A stretch of DNA of 32,000 nucleotides from Sinorhizobium meliloti (GTDB lineage Bacteria; Pseudomonadota; Alphaproteobacteria; Rhizobiales; Rhizobiaceae), in the NCBI RefSeq assembly GCF_017876815.1, contig NZ_JAGIOS010000002.1:60001-92000 (forward strand). The letters are read 5' to 3'. Every line of letters begins with the position of its first letter. The stretch's first letter is position 1. Shown one piece after another: positions 19,165 to 28,193 of the stretch. The translations under genes were made by a program, and so were the position numbers. The notes beneath the pieces were generated by a model. It had not been told where the DNA came from. It saw only the letters and a program-made list of their open reading frames with translations, and ran no database searches.

Positions 19165-19835
19165 CAAACGGTCCGCAGCAGATAGCCGATGCCGCGCACG
19201 GTTTCGATCTGCACGCCGGTTTCCACCGACTGCAGTCGCTTGCGTACCCTGGAGACGGCGAGTTCCAGCGCATTCGAGCTCAGTTCCTGGCCATATTCCG
19301 AAAGCGCCGTTTCGAGCCTGCGCTTCGGGACGACACGCCCGACCTCGCGCAACAGGATCTCGATCAGAGAGCGCTCGCGCGGAGGAAGAGGCAGAACGGC
19401 GCCCTCGCAGGTAAGCTCCGCCGTTGCAGGATCATAGCGCAGGGCACCGGCCTCGAGGACCGGCTGTATAGCGTTGGGATTTCGCCTCAGCATCGCCCTG
19501 CAGCGAGACAGAAGTTCGCGATGGTGAAACGGCTTGACGAGATAATCGTCGGCGCCGGCGTCGAGCCCGGCGATACGCTCGTCGACCGATCCGCGGGCGG
19601 TGATGATCAGCACCGGCAGGCCGACATGCTCCCGCCGAATCCATTGCAGCAGCTGCAGGCCGTCGCCGTCGGGAAGGCCGAGATCGAGGAGAACCAGGTC
19701 GTGCTCGCGCGCGGCAATGGCGGCCTCGGCATCGCGCAGCGTCGAAACGCCGTCGAGCCGCCAACCCGCGTCATGCATGGTCTCGTTGATGAGTTCGGTG
19801 AGGCGAGGACTGTCCTCGACGAGGAGTAAACGCAT
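19164..19835 (-). CDS. OmpR/PhoB-family response regulator (PmrA/BasR-like class)
   Basis: Track ORF 19164..19904. I prefer ATG 19835, giving MRLLLVEDSPRL... It has a receiver domain (DLVLLDLGLPDGDG, DDYLVKPF) and a winged-helix C-terminus (VETVRGIGYLL). Confidence 0.9.
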   Translation of the reverse strand: MRLLLVEDSPRLTELINETMHDAGWRLDGVSTLRDAEAAIAAREHDLVLLDLGLPDGDGLQLLQWIRREHVGLPVLIITARGSVDERIAGLDAGADDYLVKPFHHRELLSRCRAMLRRNPNAIQPVLEAGALRYDPATAELTCEGAVLPLPPRERSLIEILLREVGRVVPKRRLETALSEYGQELSSNALELAVSRVRKRLQSVETGVQIETVRGIGYLLRTV

Positions 19836-19950
19836 GCAGATCGCAGCCTGAGTCTTCTGGCGCCGGTGACGGCGGACCATAGGACGTTTTTTCCGAGGTG
19901 CCAACTTGTGAAGTCCCTGCCGGGTGCGGAGCTCTGCTCTACCAGCGGTG

Positions 19951-19974
19951 TTTCCCGACAGCTTTCCGACAGCT
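19951..19974 (+). promoter_or_regulatory. Tandem direct repeat, candidate OmpR-family regulator binding site in the divergent promoter region
   Basis: TTTCCCGACAGC is directly followed by TTTCCGACAGC. The shared 9-mer CCGACAGCT occurs at 19955-19963 and 19966-19974, exactly 11 bp apart. The site lies between the regulator gene and eptA. Confidence 0.45.
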
Positions 19975-20079
19975 CGTCCAGGCTACTGGGCATGCTCCCC
20001 TGGATCGCAAACGGTGCAGGGAACATGAACGTCACGCCGCACCATGCATGCAAGGGGCGCGTCTTTGGAGGTGAGCAGC

Positions 20080-21810
20080 TTGAAAATCCCGCGGATTCCC
20101 CGGCCCGAGATTGGCAGTATAAGCCTGAGCGCGATCGTCGCTCTCTATCTGCTGCTGGCGACCAACAACTCGTTCTGGGCTCATGCCAGCGTCTATTTCG
20201 TTCACGCCCGGACGAGCCTGCTTGCCTTCGCGGCGGCACTCTATCTCGCCCTCTTCGCGATCTTGACGCCTCTCTCGGTCAAGTACCTGATGAAGCCGGC
20301 GCTGGTCATTCTCATTCTGGTGTCCGCCACCGCCGCGTATTTTGCCGACACCTTCGGCATCATCATAGATCGGGACATGATCGGCAATGCCGCCGTTACG
20401 ACACAGGCCGAAGCCAGCCACCTGCTGACATTCAGCCTTGCGCGGCATCTGCTCGTCTACGCCGTCCTCCCTTCGATCTTGATCGTCTGGGTCAGGGTGC
20501 GCCACCGCCGGTTCCTGCCCAAGGCCGCGGTCAATTTCGCCTTCGTCTCCGTATCGCTCCTCGTCGGCGCAGGGCTCATCTATGCCAACTTCGCGACGGT
20601 GGCCTACGCGCTGCGCGAACATACGGACCTCATGAAAAGGTTCAATCCGTCCGGACCGCTGATCGCCACCGTGCGCTATGGCCTTTCGACCTATCGGGAG
20701 CGCAATCTGGTCGTAAGGCCGCTCGGAACCGATGCCCATCAGGGCGCGCGCGTTGCCGCCGCGGGGAAACCGGTAGTCGTCGTCGTAGTTGCCGGCGAGA
20801 CGGCGCGGGCGATGAACTTTTCGCTCAACGGCTACGAACGCGAGACGAATCCGGAATTGAAAGCTCTCGGGGTCGTCAACTACCGCAACACGACGAGTTG
20901 CGGCACCGCGACCGCCGTCTCGCTTCCATGCATGTTTTCGGTCTATCCGCGCAGCCAGTATAGCGATTGGAAGGCGCGCTCGACCGAAAATCTCGTCAAT
21001 GTGCTGACGCATGCCGGCGTCTCGGTGAGCTGGTGGGACAACAATACCGGCAGCAAGGGGATTGCCGATCTCATCAGCTTCGCAAGCCAGACCGGCCGCA
21101 AGAACAGCCCGCTTTGCAACAACGGCGAATGCCTGGACGAGATCCTCCTCAGCGATCTCGACCGGAAGCTCGGGGCGGCGATTTCGAACAGCGTCATCGT
21201 GCTGCACCAGCTAGGCAGCCACGGCCCCTCTTATTATCTGCGCTATCCCGCGGCGTTCCGCCGCTTCACGCCCGACTGCCGCACGCCGGAACTCATGCGT
21301 TGCTCTACTGCGGAACTGGTCAATGCCTACGATAATACGATCCTCTACACCGACCACATCCTCGCCAGCGTCGCGCGGCTCCTCGAAAAGCATCAGGACC
21401 GCATTGCCGGCGCGATGATCTATATGTCGGATCACGGCGAGTCGCTTGGGGAGAACGGCCTCTATCTCCACGGCGCGCCCTACGTGATTGCACCGAAGGA
21501 GCAGACGCAGGTGCCTTTCATCGCCTGGTTTTCGGAGCCGTATCAGGCTGCGATGGGCGTCGACGCCGGCTGTCTTGCCAAGGACGCCGACAAGCCGAAA
21601 TCGCACGACAACCTGTTTCACACGGTGCTTGGCATGATGGACGTCGAGACGAGGGTCTATAACCGCGATCTCGACGCCTTCGCCGCCTGCACGCGGCCCG
21701 CAAACAAAGAGCACCAGCCGGCACCGGGATATCACGCGGCCCAGAATGGCGAACCCGAATCAAGCGCCGGCGGCCCGCAGGAAGCGAGATGGGCGCCCGG
21801 CGTTTTGTGA
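20080..21810 (+). CDS. eptA: Lipid A phosphoethanolamine transferase (EptA/PmrC, MCR-like)
   Basis: Track ORF 20044..21810. I prefer TTG 20080 (GGAGGTGA 5 nt upstream), giving MKIPRIPRPEIGSISLSAIVALYLLL. It has five N-terminal TMs and a sulfatase-fold domain. The Thr nucleophile context is TTSCGTATAVSLPCMFS, with LHQLGSHGPSYY and MSDHGESLGENGLYLHG, collinear with MCR-1/EptA as I recall them. Confidence 0.9.
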   Translation: MKIPRIPRPEIGSISLSAIVALYLLLATNNSFWAHASVYFVHARTSLLAFAAALYLALFAILTPLSVKYLMKPALVILILVSATAAYFADTFGIIIDRDMIGNAAVTTQAEASHLLTFSLARHLLVYAVLPSILIVWVRVRHRRFLPKAAVNFAFVSVSLLVGAGLIYANFATVAYALREHTDLMKRFNPSGPLIATVRYGLSTYRERNLVVRPLGTDAHQGARVAAAGKPVVVVVVAGETARAMNFSLNGYERETNPELKALGVVNYRNTTSCGTATAVSLPCMFSVYPRSQYSDWKARSTENLVNVLTHAGVSVSWWDNNTGSKGIADLISFASQTGRKNSPLCNNGECLDEILLSDLDRKLGAAISNSVIVLHQLGSHGPSYYLRYPAAFRRFTPDCRTPELMRCSTAELVNAYDNTILYTDHILASVARLLEKHQDRIAGAMIYMSDHGESLGENGLYLHGAPYVIAPKEQTQVPFIAWFSEPYQAAMGVDAGCLAKDADKPKSHDNLFHTVLGMMDVETRVYNRDLDAFAACTRPANKEHQPAPGYHAAQNGEPESSAGGPQEARWAPGVL

Positions 21811-22302
<492 letters not shown>

Positions 22303-22544
22303 GCTTTGGGCGGGTCTCCCTGTGGCCCTCATTCCTGTGCCCGTCACAGGGATGAAGTGAAGAAGCCGTCTTGTGCCTGTCCGAGCCCACTATTCCTGCT
22401 ACGCATCGGGCATTCCGAATATCGGTTCCGATTGTCAAGACGATGCGCTAAAGCACTCGGACACCCCGGGCGGCCTCAGATGGCCGATTCATATCAGCGA
22501 CGAAAGGAGCGCGCCGTCTTGGACGAGCAAAGGAGAAGCGATTC

Positions 22545-23204
22545 ATGAATAGCCGGCGTTTCACCTTCGCCGTCGGTGACATTCACGGTTGCCTCGAACA
22601 ACTCGAAGCCTTGCTGGCCAGCATCGAATCCGTCGTCGCCGGCGGCAGGGTGGTCTTCCTCGGCGACCTCGTCGATCGCGGCCCGGACAGCCGCGGCGTC
22701 GTGGAGCGGATCATGGGCGGGCCGCGCAGGGCGAGCTGGGAATGGATCACGCTCAAGGGCAATCACGAGGCCATGCTGCTGGCGGCACGCAAGGGCCAGG
22801 CCGAGATGTCCCTATGGCTAACGAATGGGGGCGAGGAGACGATGGCTTCCTACGGCGGCGCCATTCCGTTGAGCCATCTCGTCTGGATGGCGGAACTGCC
22901 ATCGCTCGTCGTCGATCGGCATCGCATTTTCGTCCATGCGGGTGTCGACGAGACGATTCCGCTCGAAGAACAGGGCGACGACATCCTCCTCTGGATCCGC
23001 ACCGATCCGAACTACTCCGGTACCTATTGGGGCAAGCATGTCTGCCACGGACATACGCCGAGCCGAAGCAATCCCCGCACCGTCGGCAACAGGACCAATG
23101 TCGATTCCGGCGCCGTCTTCGGCGGCATGCTCTCCTGCGCCGTCTTCGATGACGACAGGGCGGGAGGCCCGATCGATTTTCTGGTCACGGATGGATACAG
23201 CTAG
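22545..23204 (+). CDS. PPP-family metallophosphoesterase (serine/threonine phosphatase, PrpA/ApaH/lambda-phosphatase type)
   Basis: Motifs GDIHG, GDLVDRGPDS, GNHE, VHAG and GHTP appear in canonical order. AAGGAGAA lies upstream of the ATG. Confidence 0.85.
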   Translation: MNSRRFTFAVGDIHGCLEQLEALLASIESVVAGGRVVFLGDLVDRGPDSRGVVERIMGGPRRASWEWITLKGNHEAMLLAARKGQAEMSLWLTNGGEETMASYGGAIPLSHLVWMAELPSLVVDRHRIFVHAGVDETIPLEEQGDDILLWIRTDPNYSGTYWGKHVCHGHTPSRSNPRTVGNRTNVDSGAVFGGMLSCAVFDDDRAGGPIDFLVTDGYS

Positions 23205-23242
23205 AACGATACACGACGACATACCCATGTGTGGTTTCTATG

Positions 23243-23262
23243 GGTTGCAGGTTCCTGCAACC
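23243..23262 (+). terminator. Short perfect hairpin after the phosphatase gene
   Basis: GGTTGCAG, loop GTTC, CTGCAACC (8-bp stem). No T-tract follows, so a terminator function is uncertain. Confidence 0.3.
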
Positions 23263-23332
23263 GGGGCAGTGCGCCGATAAGCGTGCGGAAAGCAATTGCT
23301 TTAGCATTGTGCAACGCCGCCTCAGGCTATAG

Positions 23333-24055
23333 TTGTGCCGACCTGCAAAGCATGTGAACTCGAAATCCAAGGGACCCGGTTTGGACACGTCCTCTTCCGC
23401 AATCTTCACGAAGAATTTCGCCGCCCTCCTTTTCGACATGGACGGCACGCTACTCAACTCGATGGCAGTCGTTGAAAGGGTCTGGGGATCCTGGGCACTC
23501 CGCAACGGAATAGATCCCGTGGCGCTCATGAAGATCGTCCATGGCGTGCGAGCCGTCGACACGATCCGCGCCCTGGGCCTGCCGGTCGATCCGGAACAGG
23601 AGGCGCGTATTCTTGCCGAGGCGGAGATTGCCGATGTCGAGGGAATTGTCGAAATTCCGGGCGCCGTCTCCTTCCTGAAGACATTGCCGCCGGAAAGGTG
23701 GGCGATCGTTACGTCGGCGCCGCTCGAACTCGCCGCGCGCCGGCTCGAGGCGGCCGGTATTCCGGTGCCGCGCCACATGGTGACCGGTGAGGATGTCTCG
23801 GTCGGGAAGCCCGACCCGCAGGGCTATCTGCTCGCGGCCCAGAGACTCGGGGTGCGTGCCGAAGATTGCCTCGTCTTCGAGGACGCGCCTGCAGGCGTGC
23901 TCGCGGGCAAATCCGCGGGCGCCGAGGTCGCCGTCATCACCGGGGCGCATGCCGCGGCGGCCGAGATGCCGCATATCATGCTGTCGCATTACAGCGACGT
24001 CGAGGCTCGCCTCGTCGAGGACGGGTGGCTTTCGCTGCATCGCCGCCGCGGCTAG
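23333..24055 (+). CDS. HAD-IA family phosphatase (sugar-phosphatase / beta-phosphoglucomutase-like)
   Basis: HAD motifs are LFDMDGTL (I), IVTSAP (II), VGKPDP (III) and FEDAPAG (IV). The start is uncertain. The track start is TTG 23333. In-frame GTG 23354 or TTG 23381 would give a more typical short N-terminus. Confidence 0.8.
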   Translation: MCRPAKHVNSKSKGPGLDTSSSAIFTKNFAALLFDMDGTLLNSMAVVERVWGSWALRNGIDPVALMKIVHGVRAVDTIRALGLPVDPEQEARILAEAEIADVEGIVEIPGAVSFLKTLPPERWAIVTSAPLELAARRLEAAGIPVPRHMVTGEDVSVGKPDPQGYLLAAQRLGVRAEDCLVFEDAPAGVLAGKSAGAEVAVITGAHAAAAEMPHIMLSHYSDVEARLVEDGWLSLHRRRG

Positions 24056-24123
24056 GGCACTCCAGGAAAGGTGTGTAACGGTTGCCGACGGCCATCGGCC
24101 GCCGGCTGCTTCAAGGATCACGC

Positions 24124-25713
24124 TCAGGCGGCGAGCCAGCACTTGGTCAGCGCATGTCCACCCATGAGTTCGCCGTTCGGATCGTCGACCCAGCCGCCGA
24201 CCTTGTCGCTGGTGGCATCGATATAGTTGTTGAACATCGGCGCGATCACACCACCCTCATCGCGCAGGATCATTGCCGCCTCGCGATAGAGAACCTTGCG
24301 CTTCGCCTCGTCCAGCTCGCCGCGCGCCGCAAAGATCAGCTTGTCGAAATCCTCGCGGAAGAAGCGGGTGTCGTTCCATTCCGCCTTCGAAAGATAGGCG
24401 ATGGAATAGACCTGGTCCTGCGTCGGCCGGCCGGTCCAGTAAGACATGCTGAAGGGCTGCTTGTTCCAGACGTCGGACCAGTAGCCGTCACCGGGCTCGC
24501 GCTTCAGCTCGACGTCGATGCCGCACTTTGCGGCGCTTGCCTGGAAAAGCTGCGCGGCGTCGACTGCCCCTGGGAAGGCGACGTCGGAGGTCCGCAGCAG
24601 GATCGAACCGTCATGGCCCGATTTCTTGAAGTGAAACTTCGCCCTGTCCGGATCAAAGACGCGCTGCTCGATATCGTCGTCGAAGAGCGGGTAACCCTTG
24701 ATCATCGGCGTATCGTTGCCGACCGTGCCGTATCCGGCGAGAATCTTCGCCACCATTTCCTCGCGGTCCACCGCGTATTTCAGCGCAAGCCGCAGGTCGT
24801 TGTTGTCGAAGGGCGCCGTGTTGCAATGGGCGATCAGGACATAGTGGCCCTTGCCGGGGACGTTGCGGATCGTGACTCCGGGAATGCGTTTGACGAGCGC
24901 GACGATCTTCGGCTCGATGCGATTAATGATGTGCACGCCGCCCGCCTGGAGCGAGGCGGTGCGCGCCGTTGCGTCATTGATGACAGTGATTTCGATCTGA
25001 TCGGCATGGCCGCGCTCGGCCGCTCCCCAATAGCCGTCCTGACGCTCGCCGACATGCTTTACGCCCGGTTCGTTGACGACGACTTTGTAGGGGCCGGTTC
25101 CGATGCCGGCCGTCGGGTCATCCTTGCCGCCGTTCGGCTGGATCATAAGATGATAATCGCTGACGATGAACGGCATGTCGGCGTTCGGCTGGCGCAGCGT
25201 GATGACGACCTTGTCGCCGTCTGCCTTAATGGTCTCGAATTCCTGGACGAAGGGCAGGGCAGCCGATTTCGAATTCTTGTCGGCATGACGCTCGAATGTG
25301 GCGACGACATCGGCGGGCGTCAGTTCCTTGCCGTTATGGAAGGTCACCCCCTTGCGGATCGTGAACGCCCAGGTCTTCGCGTCCTTCGACGCTTCGTAGG
25401 ATTCAGCCAGCCGATATTCTATCTCGCCCGCCGGAGATACCTCGAGCAACTGCTCTCCCCAGCAGCGGCCGAATGTATAGGGCACCTGGCTCGCCCAGGT
25501 CGCCGGATCGAGGCTGTTCGTGGATTCGCCGCCGACGAGCCCGGCCCGCAATATGCCGCCCTTGACCGGCCCGCTCGCCCGCGCGGCATTGCCAAGCAGC
25601 ACCTGGGCCGAGGCGAGCGTTACGCCGAGCGCTGCCGCGCGCCCGAGAAAATCGCGCCTCGACAGGCGGCCCGAAACGACCTCCCGGCTCATGAATTCCA
25701 GTTCTCCCGCCAT
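24124..25713 (-). CDS. ABC family-5 (peptide/nickel/opine type) solute-binding protein with a Tat signal; no adjacent permease or ATPase
   Basis: Track ORF 24124..25731. I prefer ATG 25713 because the first ATG is itself part of the GGAGGAGAGG ribosome-binding site 6 nt upstream of the second ATG. The twin-arginine signal is LSRRDFLGRAAALGVTLASA. Confidence 0.85.
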   Translation of the reverse strand: MAGELEFMSREVVSGRLSRRDFLGRAAALGVTLASAQVLLGNAARASGPVKGGILRAGLVGGESTNSLDPATWASQVPYTFGRCWGEQLLEVSPAGEIEYRLAESYEASKDAKTWAFTIRKGVTFHNGKELTPADVVATFERHADKNSKSAALPFVQEFETIKADGDKVVITLRQPNADMPFIVSDYHLMIQPNGGKDDPTAGIGTGPYKVVVNEPGVKHVGERQDGYWGAAERGHADQIEITVINDATARTASLQAGGVHIINRIEPKIVALVKRIPGVTIRNVPGKGHYVLIAHCNTAPFDNNDLRLALKYAVDREEMVAKILAGYGTVGNDTPMIKGYPLFDDDIEQRVFDPDRAKFHFKKSGHDGSILLRTSDVAFPGAVDAAQLFQASAAKCGIDVELKREPGDGYWSDVWNKQPFSMSYWTGRPTQDQVYSIAYLSKAEWNDTRFFREDFDKLIFAARGELDEAKRKVLYREAAMILRDEGGVIAPMFNNYIDATSDKVGGWVDDPNGELMGGHALTKCWLAA

Positions 25714-25848
25714 CGATTTCCTCTCCTCCATTGAAACGTCCGCTCCAGTTGGCCGGCAACGCGCTCAGGCTGCAACGGATCTCCATTGCGAAGGCTGTCC
25801 GTTGGCGGCGAAGAATGTCGCAACGAGGAGAGACAAGGCCTGGCTATG

Positions 25849-26826
25849 TCACTGTGCGGGAGAAAAGTCGTGCACAGTTTTATCCCGGTCCGAGGCGCGC
25901 GTGCGGGCGATGCGGCCTTCGAGTTCCTCGAGGCGGCGGGCGAAGCCGAGATTGCCCGGCTGGAGCGCCACGGCCTCGGCGAGCATGTCGCGGGCGATTT
26001 CAAGTGCGCCGTCGCGGATGTGGCGGTTGGCCCGATGGTAAAGAAAGTTTACCCGCTCCACAGGTGAAAACCCTTCTCCGAAGCGTTGAAGGAACCGGTC
26101 GGCCCAGGCGGGGTGGCGAGCAATCGCCGCGATGGCGATCTGATAGGGGCGCATCGGGGCGCCGATCCGCGCCGAACGGGCAAGCGCGCGCAAACCGGCG
26201 CGGTCGTCCGCGCGGCAAGCCTCGATGAGCGAAAGCGCGCGCGCCGTTCCGGTGAAGGCCCGAACGGTGCCGTGACCGGTCATATGCACGGGGATGAGAT
26301 GCGTCTCGCTCTGTATCGCCGCGATCCGCTCCGCGTGCCAGCGATCGACGGCATGGAAGGGGTCGTAGAACAGATAGGCGCGCCCGGCCGCTTGGTCGGG
26401 GGCGATTGCCATGTTCGTGTGGAGGCCCGGAGCGAAGTGGCGGACGAAGCGGTTGTCGAATGGTACGGTCTTCGGATCGATCGAGATCTGCGGGCAAAAA
26501 GCAACGGCGACGCTTGCGCCAAGACGCCGGCGATAACGCAGAGCCGCATAGCCGCCTTGCGAATGGCCGTAGAGGATGCGTTCCGGCGCTTCCGCAAGGA
26601 TCGGAGCCGCAGCTTCGACCGCCGCGACCACGCTTGCCGCCGGAAACCAGTTCGGCCGCCGGCTGATGAAGCCGAGTGCGGCGATGCCGGCCTTTTCGCA
26701 GAACCGCTGTCCCCAGAAGCGGCTGCCGTTCGCCTGCATCTCCATCTCGTTGAAGGTGACGAGAAGATAGGGCGACGATCCTCGCCGATGTATCACTTCC
26801 AGGTTTTCGTCGGCGTAAACGAGCAT
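25849..26826 (-). CDS. Alpha/beta-hydrolase-like protein with helical C-terminal extension (uncharacterised)
   Basis: 325 aa. The nucleophile elbow is GHSQGG, preceded by a beta-strand-like ILY. The C-terminal third is Ala/Arg-rich and helical (TPR-like). It lies 44 nt downstream of the GT4 gene on the same strand. Confidence 0.6.
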   Translation of the reverse strand: MLVYADENLEVIHRRGSSPYLLVTFNEMEMQANGSRFWGQRFCEKAGIAALGFISRRPNWFPAASVVAAVEAAAPILAEAPERILYGHSQGGYAALRYRRRLGASVAVAFCPQISIDPKTVPFDNRFVRHFAPGLHTNMAIAPDQAAGRAYLFYDPFHAVDRWHAERIAAIQSETHLIPVHMTGHGTVRAFTGTARALSLIEACRADDRAGLRALARSARIGAPMRPYQIAIAAIARHPAWADRFLQRFGEGFSPVERVNFLYHRANRHIRDGALEIARDMLAEAVALQPGNLGFARRLEELEGRIARTRASDRDKTVHDFSPAQ

Positions 26827-26870
26827 GTGAATTCCCGAGCAGCTGTCATTTTGAGTGGAGCCGCACGCGT

Positions 26871-28193
26871 CTAGACTACGGCCTGTGCCGCCGCTTCATA
26901 TTGCGCCGCGCCAAGAGGGCTCCGCCTGTCCTTCAGCAACCGACGATAGAGATCGGCATGCGCGCGCGCGGATTCGGCGTGGCCGGTCGGAGGCCGCAGC
27001 GTCGCATGCAGCCGGTCCCATGCCTCGGGCTTGACCAGCACGTCCGACAGCCGGTCGGCGAGATCCTGGGCGCTGCCGGCACGGAAATGGAGTCCGTCCC
27101 TTCCGTCCTGCACTTTCTCGGCCATGCCGCCGATGTCGGAACAGATGATGGGCCTGCGATGATGCAGGGCCTCCTGAATGACGACGGGCGAGTTTTCCCA
27201 CCAGATCGAGGGCAGCACGACCCAGTCGACCGAGCGCATCAGCCTCGGCATGTCGGCATTCTGATAGGCGCCATAGAAACGCACCCGGCGCCCGGCATCG
27301 TCGATGAGCTTCTTCAGGCGCTCCTGGAACTCGGCCGGCTGGCGCTCGAGATTACCGCCGAAGATCATCAGGCAGGAGTCCTCGCCCCAGATTTCTTCCG
27401 GCACGCGCGAGACCGCATCGACCAGCACGTCGATGCCCTTGAAGGGTGTCATCTGCCCGAAATAGGCGAAACGGTTCCGCCGGGCGGACGGGACCGGCAG
27501 ATCGCGTACCGGTGCGGCCTCGCCCATGACGATGCCGTTGTCGATCACGGAGAGCTTTTCCGCATCGATACCCCATTCGACATAGCGGTTTGCGAGGAAC
27601 ATGCTCGGGGAGATGAAGGCATCGGCAAGGCCGAGCATGCCGCGCAGAAATTCCTCGCGCCTCAGGAAACGGGAAACCGGGATATCGGGAAAGCAGCCAT
27701 GGCAACTGATCGGCGAAGAACTGTTGCAGAGCTGGGCCGATGGTCGCTTCACCATTTGCCCGTGATTGTGACACAGCGACAGGTATTCGTGGAAGGTGAC
27801 GACGATAACCGCTTCCGGCAGCGCTTCCCGGAGAGCGTAAAGCGCCTCCATCCCCATGCCGATCAGATGATGAAAGTGAATGACGTGAGGCGACAGATCG
27901 CCGACGAAGCGCAGGAGGTCGCGGCGGATCGCCTCCGTATCGCCGTTGGACAGGAAGAAGTGATCGTAATCATCCGCATGGAAGAGCACTTCGTCCACGG
28001 CAAGACGCAGACTCATGAGTGCTGACGCGCCGTGGCGCGGGACCGGATGGCCGACGCGGGCGAGATATATCGACTCGACGCCCGGCAGCGTGTTCAGGCC
28101 CTTATGCAGGCTGTGGGACGCTATCTCCGCCCCGCCCAGCGACATCGCCGGATGTCCATGCGAGACGACGAGAACACGGAGCCGCTCGCTCAT
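26871..28193 (-). CDS. GT4-family (GT-B fold) glycosyltransferase with a 4-Cys insert
   Basis: Track ORF 26871..28595. I prefer ATG 28193 (MSERLRVLVVSHG...), which overlaps the upstream stop as ATGA. It has the E-x7-E region WWENSPVVIQEALHHRRPIICSDIGGMAEKVQDG. The insert is CHNHGQMVKRPSAQLCNSSSPISCHGCF. Confidence 0.85.
   Translation of the reverse strand: MSERLRVLVVSHGHPAMSLGGAEIASHSLHKGLNTLPGVESIYLARVGHPVPRHGASALMSLRLAVDEVLFHADDYDHFFLSNGDTEAIRRDLLRFVGDLSPHVIHFHHLIGMGMEALYALREALPEAVIVVTFHEYLSLCHNHGQMVKRPSAQLCNSSSPISCHGCFPDIPVSRFLRREEFLRGMLGLADAFISPSMFLANRYVEWGIDAEKLSVIDNGIVMGEAAPVRDLPVPSARRNRFAYFGQMTPFKGIDVLVDAVSRVPEEIWGEDSCLMIFGGNLERQPAEFQERLKKLIDDAGRRVRFYGAYQNADMPRLMRSVDWVVLPSIWWENSPVVIQEALHHRRPIICSDIGGMAEKVQDGRDGLHFRAGSAQDLADRLSDVLVKPEAWDRLHATLRPPTGHAESARAHADLYRRLLKDRRSPLGAAQYEAAAQAVV

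Noticed and set aside
22306-22548. 80-aa + ORF between the small acidic protein gene and the phosphatase gene
   Set aside because: It has no ribosome-binding site, a Cys/Arg/Pro-rich implausible composition, and it overlaps the phosphatase ribosome-binding site and start. I treat the region as intergenic.
24082-25734. 550-aa + ORF opposite the Tat-signal SBP (similar cases: 26901..28025, 28019..29209 and 29258..30667 opposite the GT operon)
   Set aside because: These are antisense shadows with Arg/Asp/Gly-rich composition. The minus-strand products have recognisable domains and coupled start/stop overlaps.
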